From contig JANPEF010000153.1 in NCBI GenBank assembly GCA_031431875.1, positions 45,891 to 109,890 of the forward strand: DNA of 64,000 bases. The letters run 5' to 3'. Shown here piece after piece: positions 10,605-20,190 of this stretch. How positions within the stretch are numbered: the first letter of the stretch is position 1; the number at the start of each line of letters is the position of its first letter. The position numbers and the translations under genes were made by a program. The stretch comes from Candidatus Eiseniibacteriota bacterium. Its GTDB lineage: Bacteria; Eisenbacteria; RBG-16-71-46; DASYSL01. Below the pieces are notes generated by a model. That model was not told the origin of the DNA and did no database searches. It saw only the letters and a program-made list of their open reading frames with translations.

Positions 10605-10954
10605 TGAAGGCGCACACCCTGATGTTCACGCTCCTGCTCGTCACCGCCGGTTGCGGATCGGACAAGCAGGCGGCCGAGCCGCTCTCGGACGCGACACACG
10701 TGTCGGGCACGCTGACGGCGATCAACGACCAGCGCCCGGTCGACGGCGGCGTGACGCTCACGCTGCAGACGAGCGCGGGCAAGGACGAGCCGGTCTACGT
10801 CGCCTCGATCTTCACCGGCCAGCCGCCGACGACGGTCGTGCTGGCGCTGCAGCAGAAGGTGAACGAACTGAAGATCGGCGATCGCCTGACGGCGACCGGC
10901 GCGCGCGACGCCGAAGACCGGTTCAACGTCGAGCGGATCGAGATCCTCGAGTAA
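10601..10954 (+). CDS. Small lipoprotein, paralogue of upstream gene
   Basis: Lipobox VTAGC; ATGA overlap with the previous gene; followed by hairpin. Confidence 0.75.
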   Translation: MMKAHTLMFTLLLVTAGCGSDKQAAEPLSDATHVSGTLTAINDQRPVDGGVTLTLQTSAGKDEPVYVASIFTGQPPTTVVLALQQKVNELKIGDRLTATGARDAEDRFNVERIEILE

Positions 10955-10980
10955 GCGCATCACGACTTGTCGCCGCAACG

Positions 10981-11015
10981 ACGAAGGCCCCGCTCGCTCC
11001 GAGCGGGGCCTTCGT
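10981..11015. terminator. Perfect 16-bp inverted repeat between convergent genes
   Basis: ACGAAGGCCCCGCTCG-CTC-CGAGCGGGGCCTTCGT between lipoprotein stop and rpmB stop; no long U tract. Confidence 0.65.
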
Positions 11016-11037
11016 GACATCGGGTGATGCGTCGGAA

Positions 11038-11247
11038 CTAGGCGGCGGCGGGTTTGCGGACCGCCTTCTGCACCTTGCCGGCCTTCAGGCAACGGGTGCA
11101 GACCTTCATCTGCTTCGCACGGCCCTGGACCAGCGCACGCACGTTCTGAAGGTTGGGGTTCCAGACCCGCCGCGAGATGTTGTGGGCATGGCTGATGCGG
11201 TTTCCGCGCATCACGCCTTTCCCGCACAGATCACAGGCACGAGCCAC
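11038..11247 (-). CDS. rpmB: 50S ribosomal protein L28 (Zn-ribbon form)
   Basis: CDLC...GNRISHAHNISRRVWNPNLQ...CTRCLKAG; AAGGAGG RBS, GTG start. Confidence 0.96.
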   Translation of the reverse strand: MARACDLCGKGVMRGNRISHAHNISRRVWNPNLQNVRALVQGRAKQMKVCTRCLKAGKVQKAVRKPAAA

Positions 11248-11319
11248 TTCGTCCTCCTTGCTTCAACCAAACTGCCGGGGCAACGCCGGGGCGGCCCGGC
11301 ACGAAACGTCTGACGAGCC

Positions 11320-11349
11320 AGATTAGCACGCTTTCGACGGACGTGTAAA
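11320..11349 (-). promoter_or_regulatory. sigma70-type promoter of rpmB
   Basis: TTTACA-N18-TAATCT with extended -10 TG. Confidence 0.6.
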
Positions 11350-11370
11350 GGCGCGCAAACCGTTGCCGTT

Positions 11371-14097
11371 TCAGCGGATGAGCACGAAGCTCCCGCGTTG
11401 GGTCGCCCCCCCGCCCGCGACCGAGAAGAGGTAGATGCCGCTGGTCACGTCCTGCCCGTTGCGCGAGATCAGGTTCCACGACGCCTGGCCGTCCTCGGGG
11501 GTCTCGACCTGCGGCTTCCCGTTGGTCTGCAGGTCGGTCGGCCGAATGGTCTGCACCAGGTCACCCGCGACGGTGAAGATGCGCAGCGTCCACGCACCCG
11601 GTGGCAGGTTCAGGAAATCGACGTGCGTGCCGGTGGGGTCGGTCGGGCTGGGCTCGAGGTCCCACGACGCGCCGCCGCGATACGGGTTCGGCACGACGAA
11701 CACCTTCTTCTCCGTGCCACCCGAGGCGGTGGCGGCGCCGGCCTGCGGCGCCACGCCGTCGGCCTCGCGCGCGACACGCGCGCTCTCGCGTCGGCGCAGC
11801 GTCCCCGCCGATCCGTCGGCGCCGGGCGCCCCGGTCGAGTCGACGGCGGTGACGGCGTAGAAGTAGGTGAAACCGTTCGCCACCTCGGGATCCTCGTAGC
11901 GATAGCGGCCGACGGGATAGTGCGGAACGCGCGCATCGGCCGTGACGCGCACGCAGCGGCACGTCGGGTCGTAGGCGTCGCGTCGCCCGACCGAGACGAT
12001 CGTGTCGCCACTTGCCGGATCGGTCAGCGGCGCGATGTCGGCGGGCACGAGGCGCAGACCCGACTCGCGATCGAGCAGCACCGGCGCGATCGGGCGCACG
12101 CCGTCGAGCACTCCGTCGAAGTCCGTGTCCGTCGAATCCCACAATGGCGCGTACGGATCGAACACCGCCAGGTCCGCGAGCAACTCCCACTGGTCTTCGG
12201 CCGGGCCGGTCGTCCCGCGCGGGCGTGTCCAGCCGGCGGCGCGGTATACCCGGTAGCCGCGCACGTCGAACTTGCCCGCGTTCGGATCGAGGCCCGCATT
12301 CGTGCGATCACCGACGTATTCGCTCGCGTTGTCCCACTCGATCGTCACCTTGCGATTGCCCGGCGTGGTCCGCACGTTCGGGCCCTGGGGCGGCAGCTCG
12401 ATGCGCCAGCGCCGCGGCAGCTTGCCCTTCACGCCCGTGCAGTAGTCGCAGTTGTCGAAGTTCGCCCAGAAGATCTCGTGGTCGGTGACCGTGCGGCCCG
12501 TGCCCGTCGAGTCGGCGTTGAAGTGACAGTCCTCGACCACGATCTCGGTTCCCCGGGGCGCGGTGACGGGCGTCTCGCGGCCGTTCTCGGGTGGCACGGG
12601 CGTGCCTGGCGGGGGCGTCTCGTAGCGTCCGCGGTAGGCCTTCTGGATGGCGAGCGCGCCGTCGTACACCGCACCGTAGCGCGCACGGTTCGGCACCGAG
12701 GGATTGGCCGGATCGCGCGCCGGTGCGCTGTGATCGACCGGGAAGACGCTGAGCGCGACGGTGGCGAACACGCGTTGCCCGGGGACCAGGCGGGGGAACG
12801 GCCCGATCGAGACCAGCGCGGTCCAGTCGGCGACGCGCCGGCCGTCGGGACTCTCCGGGTCGAGGCAGATGCCACGGCGGCACGGGCCTCCGGCGAGCGC
12901 GTCGTAACGCTCGAGGTCCACCGAGGGTGGTCCGCCCTGCGTGAACGGGATCCCGGGAAGGAAGAACTGCTTCGCGCGGAAGGCAATCGTCCGCGGGGCG
13001 GTGCCGAACTCGAGGTCGGTCGTGTGATCGAGCAACAGGAACGTGCTCGCGCCCGGCGAGAGCCCGCCGTCGCCATCGTCGTCGATCACCGTGAAGCCGC
13101 GGGTCGAGATCGAGCTGCGCACGCAGAAGCCTCCGGTGTGGTTGGGATCGGTGCGCGGATCGTAGCGCGGGTCCTCGCGGTCGATGACCTCGGTCAGCGT
13201 CTGGTTCGGCACGGCGGGCTCGATCCTGTCGTCGCGCCAGTAGCCCTCGCGCGCCAGCGGCCCCACGTCGGGATCGACGAAGAAACCGACGTACACCGAG
13301 TCCAGGACCGCGGTCCCCGCGTTCGTGATCTCGTAGGTGACCGCCGCGGCGTCCTCGACGTCGGGTCCGGTGAACGAGTGCACCGTCTGGCGCACGCGCA
13401 GCCCGAGGGGCAGGTGTTGCTCGGCGAAGTTCGCGTTGGTCGCCTGCGGCGTGTCGTCGCTCATGGAAAACGTGTACGTGCGCTGGCCGATCGCGGCGTA
13501 GTCCTCGTCGATCGCGCCGTCGCCGTCGTCGTCGCGCCCGTCGAGGAACTCCTCGTCGTAGCGCCCGTCTCCGTCGTCGTCGACCTCACGCAGGCCCTGC
13601 GGAGTGCCTTCGTACGATTCGTAGATGCGGTCCACCGGGTCGAGCGTCGGCGGCCGCCACTCGGTCGCCTGGCTCACGCGGTAGCGACGGCCGGCGTCGG
13701 CCTCGCCGGGTCGGACGGCGCCGACCCACAGCCCCCAGTAATAGAGGTACTCGACGCCCGACGGGCCCGGCCACTGGGCCGCGGGGTCGGACGACAGCGC
13801 GGGGTAGGCGTTTCCCATGACGCCGATGTTCGTGGCCTTCATCCACAGGCGGCCGGCCGAGGTGATGCGGCCGGGACCGCCGATCTCGGGCACCGCGTGC
13901 GGATGCAAGGGCGTGCGCTGGCGCGGTGCGTCGCCGGCCGTCGGGGCGGGGCCCGGCGGGATCGCGGGCACCATCGCGGGCAGGCCGTCGAGACCGCGGC
14001 CGCGCGCGAGCCCGACCGGGAGCCCCATGGCGAGCCCGACTCCGGCCGCGAGCACCACAAGGAATCCGCCGAGGCGCGCCCCGGGCGAACACCTCAC
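11371..14097 (-). CDS. Large secreted protein (908 aa) with DxDxDG Ca-binding loops, FN3-like module and FlgD/T9SS-like C-terminal domain
   Basis: GTG at 14097 overlapping upstream TGA; hydrophobic N-terminus; DDDGDG repeats; YFYAVTAVD; VVPNPY...IFTVAGDLV...WNLISRNGQDVTSGIYLF tail. Confidence 0.8.
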   Translation of the reverse strand: MRCSPGARLGGFLVVLAAGVGLAMGLPVGLARGRGLDGLPAMVPAIPPGPAPTAGDAPRQRTPLHPHAVPEIGGPGRITSAGRLWMKATNIGVMGNAYPALSSDPAAQWPGPSGVEYLYYWGLWVGAVRPGEADAGRRYRVSQATEWRPPTLDPVDRIYESYEGTPQGLREVDDDGDGRYDEEFLDGRDDDGDGAIDEDYAAIGQRTYTFSMSDDTPQATNANFAEQHLPLGLRVRQTVHSFTGPDVEDAAAVTYEITNAGTAVLDSVYVGFFVDPDVGPLAREGYWRDDRIEPAVPNQTLTEVIDREDPRYDPRTDPNHTGGFCVRSSISTRGFTVIDDDGDGGLSPGASTFLLLDHTTDLEFGTAPRTIAFRAKQFFLPGIPFTQGGPPSVDLERYDALAGGPCRRGICLDPESPDGRRVADWTALVSIGPFPRLVPGQRVFATVALSVFPVDHSAPARDPANPSVPNRARYGAVYDGALAIQKAYRGRYETPPPGTPVPPENGRETPVTAPRGTEIVVEDCHFNADSTGTGRTVTDHEIFWANFDNCDYCTGVKGKLPRRWRIELPPQGPNVRTTPGNRKVTIEWDNASEYVGDRTNAGLDPNAGKFDVRGYRVYRAAGWTRPRGTTGPAEDQWELLADLAVFDPYAPLWDSTDTDFDGVLDGVRPIAPVLLDRESGLRLVPADIAPLTDPASGDTIVSVGRRDAYDPTCRCVRVTADARVPHYPVGRYRYEDPEVANGFTYFYAVTAVDSTGAPGADGSAGTLRRRESARVAREADGVAPQAGAATASGGTEKKVFVVPNPYRGGASWDLEPSPTDPTGTHVDFLNLPPGAWTLRIFTVAGDLVQTIRPTDLQTNGKPQVETPEDGQASWNLISRNGQDVTSGIYLFSVAGGGATQRGSFVLIR

Positions 14098-16406
14098 CGC
14101 GACGCCCCCGGGCCCCGTCGTTCGCCTGCGGGCAGGGGCTCGACGCCGAGCACGCGCATGACCGCGCGCACCGCGACGCGCGCCTCGTCGTGGTGGAACG
14201 AGTGCAGTGGGAAGCCGAACCACACCACCTCGCCGTGCTCGCTGCCGTAGTAGTGGATCGCGTTCGGCCGGCCGTCGCTCAGGGCGCCCGGGCCGACGCC
14301 GCTGTAGTCGCGGGCCTGCAGCAGATAGAGCGTGTCGAGCACCGCGCGCTGGCCGGCGCCCGTGCCCTCGGTGATCACGTTGGGCTTCGAGACGTACCAG
14401 GTCTGGTTGATCGAGCGCTGGTTCACGTCGGGATTCGCGCCGCGGAACGTGTCGAGCGTGAGCTGCGGCAGGTCGGACCAGCGCACCGCGGTGCGCTCGG
14501 CGCCCGGTCCGATGCGCGGGTCGTGGGCGCGGTCGGTGTCGCTCGCCGGCCCGCGGAAGGCGGGCAGGAAGGGGATCGCGCCGCGCAGCTGCTCGAGACG
14601 CGTGAACGAGATCGACGCCGTTCCCGCCGTGTTCAGCTCGGAGCGCAGGTGCAGGAAGTCGTGGAGGAAGCTGCCCTGGCGCAGCACGTACTGGCGCGCA
14701 TTTGCCGGCGAGTTGGTGTACGGGATGTACGGCGCCGGCGGGAGGAACCCGTAGCCGATGCAAGCCGGCGCGCCCTCGCCGAACATGAACAGCTTGCCGC
14801 CCTGGCGCAGGTATGCCGCGAGCGTGTTGAGCCGCCCGCTGGTGTTGATCTGGACGAGCGCGTTGTTCTGTCCCGAGGCGCGATGGTCGGCATACCACGC
14901 GACGACGCGGTAGCGCCCCAGGCGCTCGAGCGTGATGTCGTTCAGTTGTGCCGAGCGCCAGTCGAGCGTGTCGCAAGGCAGCCCGGCAAACGCGCCGGGC
15001 ACGCTCGTCCCGCCGACCAGGCGGTCGGGGAAGCCGCCGACGGCGAAGTGGAACGTGTCCTGCTCCGCTTCGGTCGGATAGGGGTTCGCCGGCGAGTAGG
15101 AGAGCGTTCCATCCATGTCGTCGATGACCAGCAGCGGGTTCTCGAAGGTCGGCCGGATCACGTTCATGCGCAGCGTGAACAGCGACACGAACCCGAGGTC
15201 GTCGCGCGCCTCGACGTACATGAAGTGAGTCCGTGTCGTGTCGGCGCTGCCCGCGAAGGGACCGACGCCGGCGGTCGTCTCGGCGAGCGACCACGTGCTC
15301 CAGCGGTGGATGTCGAAGTCGTCGGCGCGCGGCGTCTCGTCGGTGATGTCGCCGCCGACGAGATCGAGCGCCCAGCGGTAGCCCGTGATCGTCGAGCCCG
15401 TGTTCGCCTGGCCCGACCAGCGGAAGCCGACGCTGACGCCCTCGGGCACTTCGATCGTCGGGATGCGCGACGGATCGAGGCTGATCCCGCCGGTCGTCTG
15501 CGTGCGGCTGAAGAACTCGTTGGCCAGCGTGATGCGCGGTCCCAGGTTCTTGAGCTGCGGGCGGAACAGCAGGACGTTGGCGTCGCGCAGGAAACGCTGC
15601 GTCGTCGCGCCCGCGCCGTCGATGGCGACGACGGCGAACACGTGCAGCGCGTCGACGGACAGTCCCGCATAGGCGCGCGACACCGTGGTCGCGTCGTAGG
15701 TCTCCCAGCCGACGAAACCCGTCAGCGCCTCGCGCGCGAAGTACTCCTGGAGCCGGGCGGCGGTGACGAGTTCGGGCTGGGTCGGGCGGATCGCCGTGGC
15801 GAGCACGAGGCGGCCGCGGTAGCCGACCGGCCCGGCGCCGTCGATCGCATCCGAGTCGACGCCCCGCCAGCGAATCGTCACCGACGTGCGCGTCGAAGTG
15901 GGCTGCTGGCGGTTCGGGATCGGCGCCGTGATGAACGCCTCGGGCGACACCGTGCGCGAGGTGAACGAGCGCGAGACCCGCGGTGAGGCGTCGCCGGCGC
16001 CGTCGATCGCGCGCAGCACGAAGGTGTGGGCGTCGCGCGAGTAAGCCACCGTGCCGGCCAGTGGCACGGGGCTCGACGGCGTGGTCGAGGGCAGCGCGAG
16101 GTTGAGCGTGAACTCCTTCGTCGCGATCCACGCCGTGTCGGTGTCGGGCAGGGGATCGAGCGCGTACTCGAAGCGCTCGATGCGTCCGTCCGGATCGTAG
16201 CCGGACCACGAGAGGTCGACCTGGTAGCTCGTCTCGCTGAGCGGGCGGGGCGCCGCGGTGAGTCGCACCTCGGGCCGCAGGTTGGGCAACGCGGTGCCCC
16301 CCGGATCCGATCCACAGCCCGGAGCGGCGACGACGACCGCGGCCAGGGCGGCGGCGGTCCACAGGAGTGCAAGGGTCGAGAGGGTCGGGCGCGCGGTGTC
16401 CGGCAT
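14094..16406 (-). CDS. Large probable lipoprotein (770 aa) with three Ig/FN3-like repeats
   Basis: Signal peptide ending VAAPGC; repeated W-x-G...Y-x-W/Y-ALD...H-x-F-x-V-x-A-x-D pattern three times. Confidence 0.75.
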   Translation of the reverse strand: MPDTARPTLSTLALLWTAAALAAVVVAAPGCGSDPGGTALPNLRPEVRLTAAPRPLSETSYQVDLSWSGYDPDGRIERFEYALDPLPDTDTAWIATKEFTLNLALPSTTPSSPVPLAGTVAYSRDAHTFVLRAIDGAGDASPRVSRSFTSRTVSPEAFITAPIPNRQQPTSTRTSVTIRWRGVDSDAIDGAGPVGYRGRLVLATAIRPTQPELVTAARLQEYFAREALTGFVGWETYDATTVSRAYAGLSVDALHVFAVVAIDGAGATTQRFLRDANVLLFRPQLKNLGPRITLANEFFSRTQTTGGISLDPSRIPTIEVPEGVSVGFRWSGQANTGSTITGYRWALDLVGGDITDETPRADDFDIHRWSTWSLAETTAGVGPFAGSADTTRTHFMYVEARDDLGFVSLFTLRMNVIRPTFENPLLVIDDMDGTLSYSPANPYPTEAEQDTFHFAVGGFPDRLVGGTSVPGAFAGLPCDTLDWRSAQLNDITLERLGRYRVVAWYADHRASGQNNALVQINTSGRLNTLAAYLRQGGKLFMFGEGAPACIGYGFLPPAPYIPYTNSPANARQYVLRQGSFLHDFLHLRSELNTAGTASISFTRLEQLRGAIPFLPAFRGPASDTDRAHDPRIGPGAERTAVRWSDLPQLTLDTFRGANPDVNQRSINQTWYVSKPNVITEGTGAGQRAVLDTLYLLQARDYSGVGPGALSDGRPNAIHYYGSEHGEVVWFGFPLHSFHHDEARVAVRAVMRVLGVEPLPAGERRGPGASR

Positions 16407-16417
16407 GGCGATTCATC

Positions 16418-16426
16418 AGTCTAGCA
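16418..16426 (-). promoter_or_regulatory. Extended -10 promoter of lipoprotein operon
   Basis: TGCTAGACT ending 11 nt before ATG 16406. Confidence 0.5.
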
Positions 16427-16448
16427 CGCCGATCGGGGGACTGGGCTG

Positions 16449-16457
16449 TGCTAACGT
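16449..16457 (+). promoter_or_regulatory. Extended -10 promoter of recG
   Basis: TGCTAACGT 9 nt before ATG 16467; no SD. Confidence 0.45.
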
Positions 16458-16466
16458 GATGCGGCC

Positions 16467-18593
16467 ATGCCCGTTCCCGCACTCCACCGGACCCTTCGCC
16501 CCGAGCGAACCACGCCCGTCCAGTTCCTCCCCGGCGTCGGGCCACGCCGTGCGGCGCTCCTCGAGAAGCTGGGCGTGCGGATTCTCGACGACCTGCTCCT
16601 GCACGTTCCACGCGAGTACCTCGACGCGCGCCAGGTGCGGCCGATTGCGAGCCTCCGGCCGGACGAACTGGTGACCGTCGTCGGCGTGGTCCAGGGGCAC
16701 GAGCTCCGCAGCGCGCGGGGCCGCTCGGACCTGCGCCTGCGCGTGGTCGACGCGAGCGGAGTCCTCGGCGTCATCTTCTTCGGTCAGGGATTCCTCGCCC
16801 GGGCGCTGCCCGATGGCGCGACCGTGGCGCTCATCGGCCAGCTCACTCCGGGGCCGGGACGCACGTTCGCCAACCCGCTGTTCGAGGTCCTGCCCGACGA
16901 TGCGACCGCGCAACTGGCCGCCGGCCGCATCGTGCCGCGGCACGCCCTCACCGCCGGCATCTCGGGGCGACAGCTGCGCGCGTGGATCCGCGCCGCGCTC
17001 GACGCGACCGCCGAGGATCTCGCCGCCGCCGAGCCGCTGCCCGCGCCGTTGCGCGCGCGGCTCGAGCTGCCCGGCCTTGCCGCCGCCCTCGAAGCGGTGC
17101 ACTTCCCGCCCGACCTCGTCGCCGCCGAGCGCGCCCGTCGCCGCCTCGCGTTCGACGAGCTGCTCGCCGTGCAGCTGGTGCTCGCGGTGCGGCGCCGGGC
17201 GCGCGAGGAGAGCGGCGTCGGGCTCGTCACCGCGCGCGGGGTGGCGCGCGCCAGGGCCGCGATCGCGGCGTTGCCGTTCGCGCCCACCGGGGCGCAGAAG
17301 CGTGCCGTCAACGAGATCGTCCGCGACATGCGGGAGCCGCGCTCGATGCACCGCCTGCTGGTGGGGGACGTGGGCACGGGCAAGACCGCGGTCGCGCTGC
17401 TGGCCGCGGCCTGCGCGGCCGAGGCCGGCTTCCAGGTCGCGTTCATGGCGCCGACCGAGATCCTGGCCGAGCAGCACTTCCGCACTCTCGGTGCGCTGGG
17501 TGCGGCGGCCGGGCTGGTCGTCGCACGCTGGACCGGTTCGACCGGCGCGGCCGAGCGGCGGGAGCTCAAGAAGCGCCTCGCGCTCGCGCCCGACGATCCG
17601 CATCGCGTCGACGTGCTGGTGGGCACGCACGCACTGCTCGAGCCCGAGGTGCCGCTGCCACGCCTGGGCCTGGTCGTCGTCGACGAGCAGCATCGCTTCG
17701 GCGTGCGTCAGCGCGCCGCGCTCGCGGGCAAGGGCACGGGCTTTCCCGACGTGCTCGTCATGACGGCGACGCCGATCCCGCGCACGCTCGCGCTGGCGCT
17801 GTTCGGCGACCTCGACGTGACCGTGCTCGACGAGCGGCCGGCCGGGCGCCAGCCGATCGGGACGCGCGTCGTCGACGAGGCGCGGCGCGAGGATCTGTAC
17901 ACGTTTCTCGCCGCCGAGTTGGCCCGCGGTCGCCAGGCCTACGTCGTCTACCCGTTGGTCGAGGAGAGCGAAAAGAGCGAGTTGCGCGCGGCGACCGCGA
18001 TGATCGCGAACCTGGCGCAGCACCCCACGCTGGCCGCGTTTCGCTGGGCGCTGCTGCACGGCCGCATGAAGCCCGCCGAGAAGGATGCGGTGATGAAGGA
18101 GTTCGCGGCGGGGGCGATCGACGGCCTGGTGGCCACGACCGTCATCGAGGTGGGCGTCGACGTGCCCAACGCGACCGTGATGGTGGTCGAGCACGCCGAG
18201 CGTTTCGGGCTCACCCAGCTGCACCAATTGCGCGGCCGCGTCGGCCGCGGCGCCGAGCGCTCGACCTGCATCCTGGTGGCGGGCCCGCGCTCCTCGGCCG
18301 AGGCGAGGGGCCGCCTCGCGCTGCTCGCGAGGAGCGACGACGGCTTCCACCTGGCCGCGGAGGACCTGCGTGCGCGCGGCGCCGGCGAGCTGTGGGGCGC
18401 GCGGCAGACAGGGCTTCCCGAGTTCCGGATCGCCGACCTGGCGCGTGACCTCGACCTGGTCGAGACCGCGCGGGATGCGGCGCAGGCCATGATCGCGGCC
18501 GACCCGCAGCTGCTTGCGCCCGGGCACGCGCTCCTGCGCGAGCGCCTGCTCCGCAAGTTCGCCGAGGAGCTGTCGTGGCGGGCGACCGGATGA
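16467..18593 (+). CDS. recG: ATP-dependent DNA helicase RecG
   Basis: [52 protein letters not shown] motifs. Confidence 0.97.
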   Translation: MPVPALHRTLRPERTTPVQFLPGVGPRRAALLEKLGVRILDDLLLHVPREYLDARQVRPIASLRPDELVTVVGVVQGHELRSARGRSDLRLRVVDASGVLGVIFFGQGFLARALPDGATVALIGQLTPGPGRTFANPLFEVLPDDATAQLAAGRIVPRHALTAGISGRQLRAWIRAALDATAEDLAAAEPLPAPLRARLELPGLAAALEAVHFPPDLVAAERARRRLAFDELLAVQLVLAVRRRAREESGVGLVTARGVARARAAIAALPFAPTGAQKRAVNEIVRDMREPRSMHRLLVGDVGTGKTAVALLAAACAAEAGFQVAFMAPTEILAEQHFRTLGALGAAAGLVVARWTGSTGAAERRELKKRLALAPDDPHRVDVLVGTHALLEPEVPLPRLGLVVVDEQHRFGVRQRAALAGKGTGFPDVLVMTATPIPRTLALALFGDLDVTVLDERPAGRQPIGTRVVDEARREDLYTFLAAELARGRQAYVVYPLVEESEKSELRAATAMIANLAQHPTLAAFRWALLHGRMKPAEKDAVMKEFAAGAIDGLVATTVIEVGVDVPNATVMVVEHAERFGLTQLHQLRGRVGRGAERSTCILVAGPRSSAEARGRLALLARSDDGFHLAAEDLRARGAGELWGARQTGLPEFRIADLARDLDLVETARDAAQAMIAADPQLLAPGHALLRERLLRKFAEELSWRATG

Positions 18594-18934
18594 GCGGCTG
18601 GCGCGTCGATTGCCCGGGCTGCGGCGAGCCGTCGCTGCTGCCGGCCGCGCTGGCTCGGGAGGGTGCCCGGGTGCGCTGCCCCGCGTGCGCGACGGTGTTC
18701 GCGGCGGCCGATCCCCTGGCGGTCGAGGCCTGTCTGCTGGCGATGGAGGCGTGGTTGGCGCAGGAGCCCGGCGGTCGTGGTGCGCTCGCTCGGGCCCGCG
18801 ACGAGGAGCGCTTCTGGCGCGATCACGGCGCGTCGTTCCTCGACTGGCGCGAGGGCGAGGGGGCGGAGTGGTCGGCCGAGACCGCGCGCGCCGCTCTGGC
18901 GCGCGTGCTCGGGCCCGGCGCGAGCCTGTTCTAG
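18590..18934 (+). CDS. Small zinc-ribbon protein (CPGC...CPAC)
   Basis: ATGA overlap with recG; two CxxC pairs spaced like MJ0042-type fingers. Confidence 0.65.
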   Translation: MSGWRVDCPGCGEPSLLPAALAREGARVRCPACATVFAAADPLAVEACLLAMEAWLAQEPGGRGALARARDEERFWRDHGASFLDWREGEGAEWSAETARAALARVLGPGASLF

Positions 18935-20190
18935 CGCGTCGCGGCCTGTCCCCGGCCGGCGACGAGCCCCAACCCGATCAGCAAGAGCGCGCCGCCGGCG
19001 AGCGTCGCGGCCTCGCCGAAGGCGTGCACCATTGGTGCTGCGAGCGCGGCGGTGACGAGGAACGCGGCCCGTGCCAGCGCATCGCGGGCCGCGAAGACGC
19101 GGGCCCGCAGATCCTCGGCGACGGCCTCCTGCAACGCGGTCTCGCTGAGGAAGAAGACCGGCGCGGCGAAGAATCCGCACACGAATCCCGCGGCCGCCAT
19201 CCACGGCAGCGTGGGTGCGAATGCGAAGCCGAGCAGCCCCGCACCGGCGCCGAGCAGGCCCGTCGCCAGCGCGCCGCCGCGCGAGCCCGTCGCCTCGGCC
19301 GCGCGCCCGCGTTCGCGGCGGAGCGCGATCGCCGTCCCGATCAACGCGCCGATCGCGAGCGCGCCAAGCAGCAGCCCCAGACCGGTGACCGCGGTCGAGC
19401 CGCGTTGCACGTGGGCTGTACCCGCGACGTGCAGAACGCCGCCGGCGACCCAGGTCGCGATCGCCGCGACGAGCGGCCCCCGCGCCCGCGGCGTTCCCAG
19501 CGCGACACGCCACCCGGTCGCCACGTCGGACGCCGCGTGACGCCAGGGTGCGGCGTCCGCCGCGATCGTCGGCGTCGCGCCCGATCCGACGCGGTCCACG
19601 CCCGCGCGCAACAACCCCGCCAGCGCGAGCACGCTGACGCCGTAGGTCAAGGCATCGAGGTAGAGCGCCGTCGCCGGTCCGAAGCGATCGACCAGTGGAC
19701 CGCCGAGTGTCGTGCCGAGCAACGTCGCCACGACGCCACCGAGCACGAGGATCGCGTTTCCCGCCGCCAGGGACTCGGGCGGCACGAGGCGCGGCGGGAG
19801 AGCCGAGCGCGCGGGCAGGAAGAATGCATTGAGCGTGAAGGCAAGGGCGACGAGCGCGAACACCGGGGCGAGCGAGCCGCTCGCCAGGTAGGCGAGTGGG
19901 ATCGCCGCGACGACGAATGCGCGCAGCAGGTCGGTCACCAGCAGCGTGCGCACCAGCGAGGTGCGATCGACGATCGCGCCGGCCCACGGCGACACGAACA
20001 GCGACGGGCCCATCATCGCCCACGCGAGCACGGCGAGCGCGGCCGCGGGATCGGTGCCGTGCGCGGCGGCGTGCGCGGAGAACAGCGCGACCAGGGCGAG
20101 ATAGTTGAAGCGATCGCCGGCGATCGAGACGACCTGACCGACCAGCAGGAAACGAAACGGCGGGCGCGAGAGGGCGGTGGCGACGCTCAT
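18931..20190 (-). CDS. MFS transporter (DHA3/H+ antiporter-like)
   Basis: About 12 TM segments, GAIVDRTS motif-A-like, RARVFA; ATGA overlap with upstream GT. Confidence 0.85.
   Translation of the reverse strand: MSVATALSRPPFRFLLVGQVVSIAGDRFNYLALVALFSAHAAAHGTDPAAALAVLAWAMMGPSLFVSPWAGAIVDRTSLVRTLLVTDLLRAFVVAAIPLAYLASGSLAPVFALVALAFTLNAFFLPARSALPPRLVPPESLAAGNAILVLGGVVATLLGTTLGGPLVDRFGPATALYLDALTYGVSVLALAGLLRAGVDRVGSGATPTIAADAAPWRHAASDVATGWRVALGTPRARGPLVAAIATWVAGGVLHVAGTAHVQRGSTAVTGLGLLLGALAIGALIGTAIALRRERGRAAEATGSRGGALATGLLGAGAGLLGFAFAPTLPWMAAAGFVCGFFAAPVFFLSETALQEAVAEDLRARVFAARDALARAAFLVTAALAAPMVHAFGEAATLAGGALLLIGLGLVAGRGQAATR

Noticed and set aside
11371-16611. Single 1746-aa ORF on minus
   Set aside because: The first ~840 codons overlap the 14094..16406 lipoprotein in another frame and read as Arg-rich shadow sequence; the real start is the GTG at 14097.
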